Part shown: one piece after another, positions 1 through 11,897 of the stretch
Numbering within the stretch: the stretch's first letter is position 1
How the letters are laid out: every line of letters starts with the position of its first letter
From: Octopus vulgaris
Taxonomy: Eukaryota
DNA: 64,000 bases
Reading direction: 5' to 3'
Assembly (NCBI GenBank): GCA_951406725.2
Contig: OX597818.1
Location: 99,014,001-99,078,000 of the forward strand
The notes under the pieces: model-generated
Told to the model about the DNA's origin: nothing
Seen by the model: only the letters and a program-made list of their open reading frames with translations
Databases searched by the model: none
Translations under genes and position numbers: made by a program

Positions 1-49
<49 letters not shown>

Positions 50-113
50 TGATCTTTTCCCTGACTTATGGTATCTTAGATGATTCATGTATATATGTAT
101 GTATATATATATA

Positions 114-170
<57 letters not shown>

Positions 171-1060
171 AGGCTTATCTGTGTGTATATATGCATATAT
201 ATATACAAATGCATACGCATACATAGACACAGAGCATATTCCCATACAAAATAGGGAGATAATATATATTTTACACATACCTATTATATTTCCTACATAT
301 AATAAAGAATTTTTTTTTTTATTGTGCCTATGTTGTGTAAATATCATTTGAATATATAAAATCTAGTATTTATATGCAATATCACAGTCTGAAACCAACC
401 TAGACAAGGAGCTACACATATTACTTTAAATGTGCTTGAACATGGTGTTTTTTAAATGCTATTATCAATAATATATTCTTTTATTCCTTAAATGGTTTCA
501 TTCATGGATCAATTGCAAAGCAAGGGCTTCTGAAAGGATTTCAACATGATATACCTTTTAATTTGATAAATGAAAACTATGTATTTTCCCAGTGTAAAAT
601 AAACATTGGTTACAATAAAGGTTTGTCTCAGAGAAACAGCCCTTTGGTCTAACCACTTTGATTATTTTAAACACCAGGTTAAATAGTGTATCAACAAAAA
701 AGAAAAATCTAATTGCTGCACTATTTATTTCAATTATGTATATACATACAATCGTAAGTATACATATACTTATGTGTGTGTGAACATGTATCAATATCTA
801 CACACACACACACACATTTATATAAGAATTTGTGTGTGTCTATTAAACATTTTTTAGACAAATACTTTGATTTCAGCCTACAGCTACAATATTTGAAACA
901 AGATTTTCTTAAATCAAAAATTATTACTTCTTTCAATAAGGCCCTTTGTTAATCTAATTTTTCATAGACTTAATCATTTTTAATTAAGCAAAATCGTGTT
1001 TTCAGATACACTACATGTATATATATTGTGTGTGTGTGTGTGTAAATATATATATATACA

Positions 1061-1618
1061 GGACTCACTTGTCCGGCAGGACAAGTGAGTCCATAACCCG
1101 TGGCCTTCTACATGGGATGGAGCCAGCCTACGTATGCATACCTTCCCTTCTTGGGACACAAAACTCTACTTGTGAAGACCTGTTGAGGCAAGTGAGGATC
1201 AGAATCGAAATCGATCAATGGAAATTGCAGATGTGTTACCAGTGCCGGTGGCATGTAAGAGAACCATCCGTTTGCGACCGTTGCCAGCACCGCCCCGACT
1301 GGCCTCGTGCTGGTGGCACATAAAAAGCACCATCCGTTCGTGTCCGTTGCCAGCCTCACCTGGCCCCCGTGCCGGTGGCACATAAAAAGCACCATCCGTT
1401 CGTGGCCGTTTGCCAGCTCTGTCTGGCACATGTGCGGGTGGCACGTAAAAAGCACCCACTACACTCACGGAGTGGTTGGCGTTAGGAAGGGCATCCAGCC
1501 GTAGAAACACTGCCAGATCTGACTGGGCCTGATGAAGCCTTCTGGCTTCACAGACCCCAGTTGAACCGTCCAACCCATGCTAGCATGGAAAACGGACGCT
1601 AAACGATGATGATGATGA
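1061..1618 (+). mobile_element. Octopus-type SINE, long form, with internal ~57-bp tandem units and (GAT)n tail
   Basis: Repeated GTGCCGGTGGCACATAAAAAGCACCATCCG units and a 3' module GTGGTTGGCGTTAGGAAGGGCATCCAGC...AACCCATGCTAGCATGGAAAACGGACG(GAT)n that recurs at five or more other sites in the window. Confidence 0.85.
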
Positions 1619-3454
1619 TATACACACACACACACACACATATACTGCTTAGCAAATGTGATTCTCCTAGTTGTGGTTTAATTGCAGGACAACTTTGAGT
1701 AAAGGCTTTCCCTCTTTGATGACTTAATGTACAGTGTGTTGGATTACATTATTGAATATATTCTGGAGATTATCAATAAATTTTAGAACTTGATCAATCA
1801 TCCACAAATCCTTCCTTGCTCATAACCCAGTTATCATCAGCACAGCAGTTAGCAAAACTGAAGGAGTATTGGTCTTTCAGTATTTAATTGTATGCTTTTC
1901 TTATTAGGTCAACTTTGTTTTCTTATACTTCTCAGTGTAATGAAATAGATACCATTCAAGAACTGGAATCAATTATTTGATAATATTTCTTCCCTAAAAT
2001 TGGTCACCCTTTTCCTAAACCAAAAGTTATTTTTATGCTATTATTCAATGTCAGATGTAAGTGATGCTGTTTCTATCAAACTGTAATGTTTTTCATATAT
2101 TTCTTCTATTTCTTACTGTTTTAAATCTATTTTTCTTTGTTTGCATGAGTTGGAGTACTTATTGGCTGTAACAATTGCATTTTATGTGTATGCCTTTTCT
2201 GCCAGTAACCATTCAATGGGGAACTAAGCAGTGGCATATGGTGGCTGCTGTCATTGGGTGTGCTGTCATACTGACCATATTATGAATAACATTAGTGTTA
2301 CTCAAATTAGACACACAATGTCTCTTTGAAGATTATACACATAACAATAATACATGAAATAGTTTTTTACACAAAAGTACTTCTCTAAAATTAAATCATT
2401 CAAACTTATGAAAAACTGCTTTTAAAATTTTGGCTACAAAGCTCTTAAATTTTGTTACTAATCAGTTCATAATCAGTGAAAATTAAATTAAAAGCACATA
2501 TTTCTGTGTCAGTAAAAGCATTTGAGATCAACACTAATTAAATTTTAGATAAAATGATTAAGCACACAACTAAGAAAATCACAAAATTCACTGAGTAAAA
2601 TATCAACACACAATCTTTCAGAATTTGCCCTGACTTAAGTTTTGTTTCTGGCTCCTAAAAGTGTATTACTAGTTTTGAAAACAAATTAAGATCAGAGTTA
2701 TATGATGATGGTGTAAGAAAAAAATTATTGTAAAAAAAATGTTTAGTTTAGGAATTTTAAATTAATTTAAACACACAACTTCCTGCCACAAAAATGAACA
2801 TGTGACCATGTTGTCAAGACTGTCGCACACCCTTCGCCATTAACTTTTTGCCATTCTCCCATTATCTGACAATATGCCCAGTACTGTGAGGTGTGCAGTG
2901 TTATTTCAGGATATGTGTCACCAAATTTCAAGCAGGAGTATAACAAAAGTTTTCCATTATAATTTGTGATTAAATTAATTAGATTAATATTTATAATGAA
3001 TTTGCCATTACTGCTGACTGTGCAGTGCACATCTAGCACACCTGGAATATATGCCCCTGGAAATAAGGGAGAAGACTATTTCTTTTTATTCACTTGAAAA
3101 TTTCAGAAAAAAGTGTTAGGTGTCTTGCTTAGTGGAACAGCACAGTAATATCAAGATTTGAACTTAAGGTCATGATTTTAGTAAGTAAGAATTCACAGCT
3201 ATTTTACAGCATCATTGATTTTATTTTCTGCATAGAGCTGAAGAAAGACAAAAATGTAGTACAAGTGGACGTAACTAATATCTGATATTAATATTATTTT
3301 ATTAAAAACATCTAAAAGTTTATAGATTTGATAAAAGTAGGTCATAAAATATATCAAATGACCTGAAAATAACACTATCTCATAAAAATATATTTATGAA
3401 TTTTATTAGTTAAGGTGTTATACTAGGGAAAAATAGTTACATTCTACAAATTTC

Positions 3455-3485
<31 letters not shown>

Positions 3486-3492
3486 AAGTGAA

Positions 3493-3900
3493 GAATAAGA
3501 AAATAGAGGTATTGAAATTAATAAGAGTTTATTATCAGCAAAAAATTGATTGTTATCCCCTTACAGCTGTTTCAATTAAGCTTAGTGAAGTTAAATAAAT
3601 ATTAAAATCATATTTCTGAGCTTAATCACTTCAGAGGGAGAAAAAATATGCCCTTAGATATTTTGTGTGTTAGTTATTTGAATCATCGCAGCAGATGAGT
3701 CTGCCATGATGATTCAAATAACTAACACACAAAATATCTAAGGGCATATTTTTTCTCCCTCTGAAGTGATTAAGCTCAGAAATATGATTTTAATATTTAT
3801 TTAACTTCACAAAGCTTAATTGAAACAACAGCTGTAAGGGATAACGATCAATTTTTTGCTGATAATAAACTCTTATTAACTTCAATACCTCCATTTTCTT
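3493..3900. mobile_element. Non-coding fold-back element, ~200-bp arms each with an HHR-like motif (PLE terminus-derived)
   Basis: ~3497-3686 is the reverse complement of ~3710-3900 with few mismatches. Each arm reads CCCT-CTGAAGTG-ATTAAGCT...AGCTTAAT-TGAAAC-AGCT-GTA-AGGG (right arm has 3 extra nt in helix III). Follows a (TA)n tract. Confidence 0.75.
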
Positions 3901-4368
3901 CAGTTCTATATTTAAGAGATGAGAAATTATGTACATTATTTACATTTGACAGATATTTGTCCTCATCTTGTTTGTTGTTAACACGTTTTGGCTGATATAC
4001 CCTCCAGCCTTCATCAGGTGTCTTGGGGAAATTTAAAACCTGGGCTCTCGTTCCTAAGGTATTTTCGATGCCGTTGTTGTTGTTATTATTATTATTATTA
4101 TTCGACTGGCTTCCGTGCCGGTGGCACATAAAATACACCAATCCGACCGTGGCCGTTGCCAGCCGCACCTGGCACCTGTGCAGGTGGCACGTAAAAAGCA
4201 CCCACTACACTCACGGAGTGGTTGGTGTTAGGAAGGGCATCCAGCTGTAGAAACATTGCCAGATAAGACTGGAGCCTGGTGCAGCCTTCTGGCTTCCCAG
4301 ATCCCCGGTCGAACCGTCCAACTCATGCCAGCATGGAGAACGGACGTTAAACGATGATGATGATGATG

Positions 4369-4399
<31 letters not shown>

Positions 4400-4559
4400 T
4401 CACTGCCTGGAATCGAACTCAGAATCTTGGGGTTAGTAGCCTGCACTTTTAACCACTGTGCCATATGCACCTGATGCAGGCTGGAGGGTATATCAGCCGA
4501 AATGTGTTAACAAACAAGATGAGGACAAATATCCGTCAAATGTAAATAATCTAAATAAT
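3901..4559 (-). mobile_element. tRNA-headed non-autonomous element with HHR-like motif and inverted terminal copy
   Basis: Minus strand: A box TGGCACAGTGG (4453-4463), B box AGTTCGATTCC (4409-4419), (AAT)n, then CAC-CTGATGA-AGGCTG...CAGCC-AAAAC-GTG (~3982-4020) and a tail. 4468-4550 is an inverted copy of 3936-4020. Direct repeat CTCCATTTTCTT at 3889-3900 and 4560-4571. Confidence 0.8.
4104..4370 (+). mobile_element. Same SINE family, inserted in the (ATT)n tract of the tRNA-HHR element
   Basis: Same 3' module and (GAT)n tail; (ATT)n on both sides. Confidence 0.85.
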
Positions 4560-4704
4560 CTCCATTTTCTTATTTGTCATTTGCATGATTATAAACCATG
4601 GTTTATATATATTTTACGGATATTAGCCTCCTAATATTAGGTATTGAACCAGTATTTCCTTGGATGATACCATCCCTTCATGAGGCCAACATAACCTCTA
4701 TTTG

Positions 4705-4750
<46 letters not shown>

Positions 4751-4761
4751 TTATATATATA

Positions 4762-5639
4762 AAGGGTGCGATGGGTAAACTGTCGCCATTTTCTATTTTT
4801 AATTTCACACATGCGCATCGTTTGTTTTCGATTTTGTAGGCTACACAGTATAGTAGGGTGAGTTAGGCACTGTCTGTAAAAAAAACACCACCAGAAAGCA
4901 ATTCACTCTGCCAGAAATTTGGAAACAACATGCTGTACAGCTTGGTATTTGCACTGGAAGCTCCAACATGAAGATGGTGAACACACAGAACCACTGTTGG
5001 CTTGCCATGTCTCCTAAACATGTAATGAGAGTGATAAAAATCAAACAACCAGTCAACATCGTGGTGTTTGGAGTGATCACTACTGATGGCAATGTTATGC
5101 CTCCATTCATCTTCCTACACAGCCTCAGCAACAACATGGAGGCCTACATCAAATACCTGGAGGAGATACAGCTACCCTGGGTCAACAAAGTGGCTGCTGG
5201 AAGACCCTATGTCTAGCAACAGGACTTTGCACCATGCCACACAAGCAGGAGAACCCAGTGATGACTGTCAGAAAATTTCTGCGACCATATCACACCTAAC
5301 ATCTGGCCACCTTAACTCCCTGGACTGCAACTCCTTTGATTATTATGTGTGGAGTGCAGTTGAGTAAGAGATCAACAAAACTCCTTGTAACACCAAAGAT
5401 GAACTGAAGGCAAGGATTATGGCAGCATTCACCAGCTTAAACAAGGAGACGGTTCAGAAGAGTTGCAAGAGATTCCAAAGTCGTCTGGAGGCCACACATG
5501 GTTTTAGTGAATAAATTTACTCTGTAGTATTTCAAAATATTTTTATGTAATTTCAGTAAATATATCTATTAAAATGAGATGTCAGTGTTATTTTCATTTT
5601 TGTGTAATTTAGACAACAATATATATTAACTGCACCCAG
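4762..5639 (+). mobile_element. Tc1/mariner DD37D (maT-like) transposon, internally deleted
   Basis: VVFGVITTDGNVMPPFIF...QQDFAPCHTSRRTQ...WP(P)NSLDCNSFDYYVW with about 37 residues between the last two Asp, stops and a frameshift; imperfect TIRs (GGGTGCG... / ...TGCACCC) in TA context. Confidence 0.85.
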
Positions 5640-8600
5640 TATATGTGTGTGCACGTATGTGTGTGTGAATATACAGATACACATGTGCATGCATTTATAT
5701 GTTCATATATATGTGTGTATCATCATCAGCAAAAGCATTATTTAACATACTTGTTCTATGGAAGCCTGGATTGGATTGCTCAAAAGGATCTGACAAGTCA
5801 GATGACTGCATTGCAATCCAGTGTCTGCTTTGACAAGGTTTCCACAGCCAGATACTCTTCCTCAAGCCAAAGCTAACCACTTTACTGATTGTACTAGGTA
5901 TATTTTTATTTGATACTAGCACTAGTGGTGTCATGAAGCAGCTCTCACAAGACCCTTCGACCGAGTGGGGATGTAGTATTGAGGGAGGTGGCTTTGTGTC
6001 AGGTATTGGGAGGATAAATTATGAGAGATGGTGTCTTGATGTAGAGGAATGGCTACCGAAGAAAGGATGAAGGAAATGGAGTGTCAGGGCATATCATACA
6101 GGAACAAAAAGATGGATAAAGAGAGAAAAGGGACAAAGAATTGAGGATGGCTGGATGGGTAGGTTCACAAGGATGAGAAAAGATGACAGATGGTTAGAGA
6201 TGGGGATAAAAAGTAAATGGAGTAAATGGTGAACACAGATGGAATTGCATTCAATGATGAATCTCAGTTGGGGATGAGGGTAAAGGAAAATAGGAGTGGG
6301 TCAAAGAGAAGGAGATAGATTCAGGTACATAAAATGGAAGAGATGGAGAGTAATGATATATTACAACTATACATGGAGAAGGAGGGAGATTATGTGAAGT
6401 GAGGGAGTGAGAGAAGGATGTACAGAGATAGAGATGGAGGTAAGAGGTATATGTGATAAGAGATGATGTTGACAATGTGGGATGGTGATGAGGTAAGTAG
6501 TTCCAAGGAGAGGGATAACTGATAGCAAAAAAGGCAGGAATGCAATATGTGGATTTCTCCTCAAATAATTACAGCAGCTGAAGAAATAGTTAGAAGGATA
6601 AAGAAGGGAAGGGATAGGAGTTATGCAGATAAATTGTGGGAAGGCTTGACAGGTACAGATTGGGTGCAGGGGCATAGATGTAAATGGTATGCTTTTAGGA
6701 CCTAAATTTTGCTGAGATGGTTGGGTCTTCTTAAATCAGCAATAATCTCAGTCCACTGTCAGCTCCTCTATAAGGCTCAACAACTTGAGGTCAATCTTTG
6801 CCATTTCATTCCATATCTTTCAATTTCCTTCTCCTACAAATTTTATAGATTTAATCATCGACACTTCTTTATGCAGCTGTCATCATCTATATGCATTACA
6901 TGACCATACCAGCAGTGTTCATTTTTTGCATACTATTTCTGATTCCTTTAATGCCCAACATTTCTTTCAATACGTGGTACTTTGTCATATGTACACACTG
7001 ATATTGCATGCTTGTGAAGTATACCTGCTTTAATTGTGTGTGTGTGTGAGCATGCGCACGCGCATGTACACACACATAATTTCTGTAAACTCAATATATT
7101 GTAAAATTTCTAGAGAATAGCATGAATTGCTGTCCCTTTGATTGATAGTGGTAATTTTTCCATTATATATTAGTTATAAATTAGTTATATATTAGTTATA
7201 AATAAATATTAATTCTTTCTAATATAGGCACAAGGTCAAAAATTGGAGGTGCACTATTTGATTGATACAATATTTTAGCAGGCCTAGAAGGACGAAAGGC
7301 ATTTTGTTTGACAGCTTTTCTTATGCAGCTATTATACAACAAATTTTATAGGTTGGGTTAAGTTGATTCTATTATTCTCAGATACATTTAATCACATCCC
7401 ACTACAAGATGGAATGCAAAATTGACTTTAATCGGGTGGCAACTTTAGGAATGAAATGATATAACTAAATACCCTGAAGCATGTTAGTAAAATTACTTTT
7501 ACAATATTTAAGATAATAAGCTCATTTGATATATCCTAGGGTGAATCAGCCAATGAAATAGTGAAGATGGAATTTGTAAGCAAATTTATTAAAATAACTC
7601 TGTTTTATAGTTGTTAAAAATGAAGACCTTATATATATACTTAACAATAAATTAATCATAGATAAACAAAATACATCTCAAGGAAACTTAAGCCATTTAT
7701 AAATTCTGAACATTGACATATCAAAGAAGATGCAATAAAACATGTTTCTTTGACATTTAGCACTATCCCCTTAACTCAGAAAAATCTTCGCAACAAATTA
7801 TGTATCTATTTACTCTGTGTTCTGCATCTGATTTTCGGCAAAGACCTCCTTGGTTTAAGTTTAAAAATTGTATGTAAGTGAGATAAGTGAGAAGAATCTT
7901 TTTTTTTTTCTTTAAGATGGCTTTTTTTAAATGTAAGCCAATTGCATTAACTTCTTGTAGAAGACAAAATAAGTTTTATGCAGTAAATGAGAAACTTATA
8001 CACATGGATATTCATTGTTGCAAGCAACAAGGAGTGCTTTAAAAAGCACTAGAGTAAAGAAAAATACTTTTGCTTCAGTCATCTAATTAATAATTCCAAA
8101 ACATCTTATTAAACCAAGTCACACTTTATAATCTTCTTTTTGAATTTTTGGATTTTCTCTTTATGGATTTAATTTTTCGAATATTACAAGAGGTTAATGA
8201 TGTGAAGTTGATAATATTTCAGTACCACGAGGAACCAAACAAGTACTTTTCTTAGTAGTATTTGCAACATCCAAAGATAACAGTGTTCATGATTATCTAG
8301 TGATTTACTAAGTTCACAGATATAGCTGTTATAAATTTACGAAGGGCTAACTTCCATGGGTACTATATTATCACTTTATTCACACTGTCAAGAGATTTTG
8401 TATTGCAATATATTTCAACAAATCTAATTGAAGTGAACTATTAAAATAATTGGTAAAACCTTGATCATATATTTATCTCATTAACATATATTAAATTAAT
8501 GATTTAAAATTATAGCAATGTAAATGAATTTATAATGTTTGTTAAATTTTCAACTGATTTTATCAGGTCACAAGATATATATTTTAACTACTTGAATATA

Positions 8601-9006
8601 TAATTTTGCTCATTTATACAGATTTCCTCTTTCATATTTTTATACTTTTATAAAGTATGTAACTAATACTCAAATATTTCAAATTAGAAGCAGCTCTAAT
8701 AATGTAAACATTACCAGTATCACAGACTTAAGGTATGTCTTCTGTTTATATGCTTATTAGCTGCAAATTTTCCCTGAATGAAATTCTGAAGCTAATAAGT
8801 GTATAAACAAAACACATTAAGTATGTGATGTCAGTAATGTTTAATATTCAAATATATTTTGACCAGAAATGTCTCTGTAGTAATATTAATAATTCTCTTT
8901 AAGATAATTTGTAACAAAAGTAGATAAGTTCTAATTCAATTGATAACAGTTTGGATAAAGATTATAATTACATAATAAAAGCATTTGCTGTGATTGTGTT
9001 TGTGTG

Positions 9007-9046
<40 letters not shown>

Positions 9047-9298
9047 TATATATACATATTCTATATATACAAATATATAAATATATGTATAGTAGCAAGT
9101 AACAAAATACCAAAATAATTAGTGAAATAAATATCTTGGAAAACAGAAAACAAATGATATGACTTGACAAAAGTCTAAAATGCTACCTTTATACACACAC
9201 TCACACACATACACATATATATACACACACACACATGTGTGTGTGTGTATGTATGTATATATCTCAAAAGAAACAAAAATAACACTAATATTTAAAGA

Positions 9299-9353
<55 letters not shown>

Positions 9354-9527
9354 GGGAAATAACAATGAAAGTAATTATTTAGAACAAGAAAGTGGTAACC
9401 TCTCCTCATTTTTTAAAAATCTTTTTTAAAGTCACAGAGAATTGTAATACATGAAATATGGACAATGCGATAAAACAAACATGAAGTCTTCAGCAGCAAG
9501 TGAGAATATGAGAAAGAGAAAACATAC

Positions 9528-9562
<35 letters not shown>

Positions 9563-11849
9563 CATACATATATATTTTATATATATATATATACATATAT
9601 AAATATATATATATATACATATATATACACACACATATATTATATATACATACATATATACACAATTACTAGACCTTTTATTAAAAAATAAGAAAAAATG
9701 CAAATGAAATAAACAAAATTTAAAACTGTAACATAACCAGGTCTTCCTCCAGCTTTTTGTTTTTTTTAAGATGGTCAGTGTTTGAGTTTATGTGTAAAAA
9801 AATGAATGAGTATATGTGCAATAGCCTAACTTGTATATTTAAAAGAATTGGTTGAGCATGTATCTGTTTCCATGAGCAATAAAAACAGCTAATGAGAGAT
9901 GGTGAGAAGCCAGTAATGAGACTGAAAAAAAAATGAGCAAAAGCGGGAGGGGGGTTAAACTGCACAATGATATTTTAACTTCTCATTGTTAATCTTAAAG
10001 TTATTGACATTTGCTTTGAAAGAAATATCAGAGGATAATGGATGTTATAGAGCTAGTATTCATTAAAGATGCACTGAAAAAATAAGCTTGTATTTTATCA
10101 TACTCTATTCAAGTGAAAGAAAAAGAGAAACAGAGAAGCTGCATTAAGTGTGATTTTATAGGAAAACTTTAGCATCTTATGGATTGGTAAAGTGACACAG
10201 TTATAATAAAATTATTGATTAGCATATTTTTTTTTTAGAATAATTAATATTCAAATAAAAGATGTTGAAAACTTTAATACAAGCCATTTTTATGTTTTGA
10301 ATTTGGATAAGGAACATTATTGCAGTCAGCTCAAACTACATAATAAGAACGAAGCAATTTATAATGAAATTGATTGAACCATGAAGCTGGGGAGGTTTAT
10401 ATTAAATTGTATCCACTAAAACCTACAAAAACTTGTAGGTTTCAAGTGTATATATTCATTCTGTGTTGCAAGTATATATCTAACTTATATCACTACTAAC
10501 ACTGTACTACTCAGAAAATAATCAGGTTTATTACATAGTTATCAGAATCTATGGTACACTATTAATATTCACTACTAACTAGAAAGAAGAAAATTTAAAT
10601 ATGCTAGGTTGGACCCTAAATGTTCTCTTTCTAGCTCTCTCTCATACATACACACATTCACAAAAAAGTTTATTAAAATAATTGACAAGTGGTACACAGG
10701 AAGTCATACCTCCAGAAAATGGAGACAGATTAACCTAAAATCATAGCAAATGAGCTACATCCATACTGATTGACAGAATATGAATATTCATTTACATTAT
10801 TACATGATTCTTAACTAACATTATCTAATTTCAGCAACATAAGCTGCCAGACCATCTTCAAAGGCTTTTTGTAAAATGCCTGCATCTGATTACAATAGAT
10901 GTATCGTTCATCATACAATTTTTCACCCTTCAGGCTCTGAATCAAAGATATTCGTTACTTTAATTCCTAATAGCCTTTTATATAGACATGCTTCTTCAGT
11001 CTAACTAAAAATGAACTTTTTTTGTGATAAGTTGTCATTTTCCATGATATTTTTGTATATGATGCCAAAGATCTGAGGGTGAAGTGTTTAAGTAAAAAGT
11101 ATAATGTATTCCAAATCTAAGTGAATAACCATTTACCTTAGCTTCTTTGCCTACTTTGCTTTATAGCTTAGATATTAAAAGTAGTGCATCCAGCTATAAA
11201 TTTAGTCACAAAATCCATTAAGAAAAAACAAGAAAGAAAATGTAAGTAAAAGAAACATACGATTAAAGATTAGTAAAATTAGGGAGACTACATGTTCATA
11301 CATGTATATCAAAAATATTCAATTGAAAGTCAGAAGACAGAGAGAGTGTAAAGTCCAGAATAGTGATATTTTAAATGCTCTTAATCCATAATGTATTGCT
11401 TGAAGTAATTGTTACTAAAATGATGAATGTCCTTATTGTAACAAATATTTTGACTGGAGGCCAAATTGGAAGACCTGGAAATAATGCCAGTTAAAAAGGT
11501 CTGCCATAAAATATGCATTCATTAACAAGTAAAGACAAATTTTAGACAGGTGGTTGGATACAGGAGCATGGAACATTGTACATATAAACCAAAACACACA
11601 CACATGGAACAAAGAAAAATTGAAAACAGAACAAACTTGTTCGAAACATGTTAATATTTTATCACAATTTTTCTTTCTTTTCAACTTTAATATAAATTTA
11701 GTTTTTTTTTTTGTGTTGTTTTTCAAAGCTGTCATCCTGAAAAGTTATCAATGATGCATCTTCCTCCTGTAGCCACACGCATAATAATAAATGCTAACAA
11801 CTGTTAATATAGATCAAATATGAAAATAATAATAAAACTAATAATAATG

Positions 11850-11897
<48 letters not shown>

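Noticed and set aside
4396-4468. tRNA gene
   Set aside because: A/B boxes are present but I see no proper acceptor-stem pairing, and it is embedded in a TSD-flanked element; treated as a SINE-like head.
5950-6700. Long purine-rich stretch (similar at 40450-41150 and 54480-54830)
   Set aside because: Follows minus-strand degenerate SINE 3' modules at two sites; probably decayed repeat body, with no structure or ORF I can support.
9380-9965. Candidate micro-exons in non-repetitive, pyrimidine-rich (minus strand) sequence, also near 11720-11780
   Set aside because: No convincing acceptor-donor pair in a compatible open phase.
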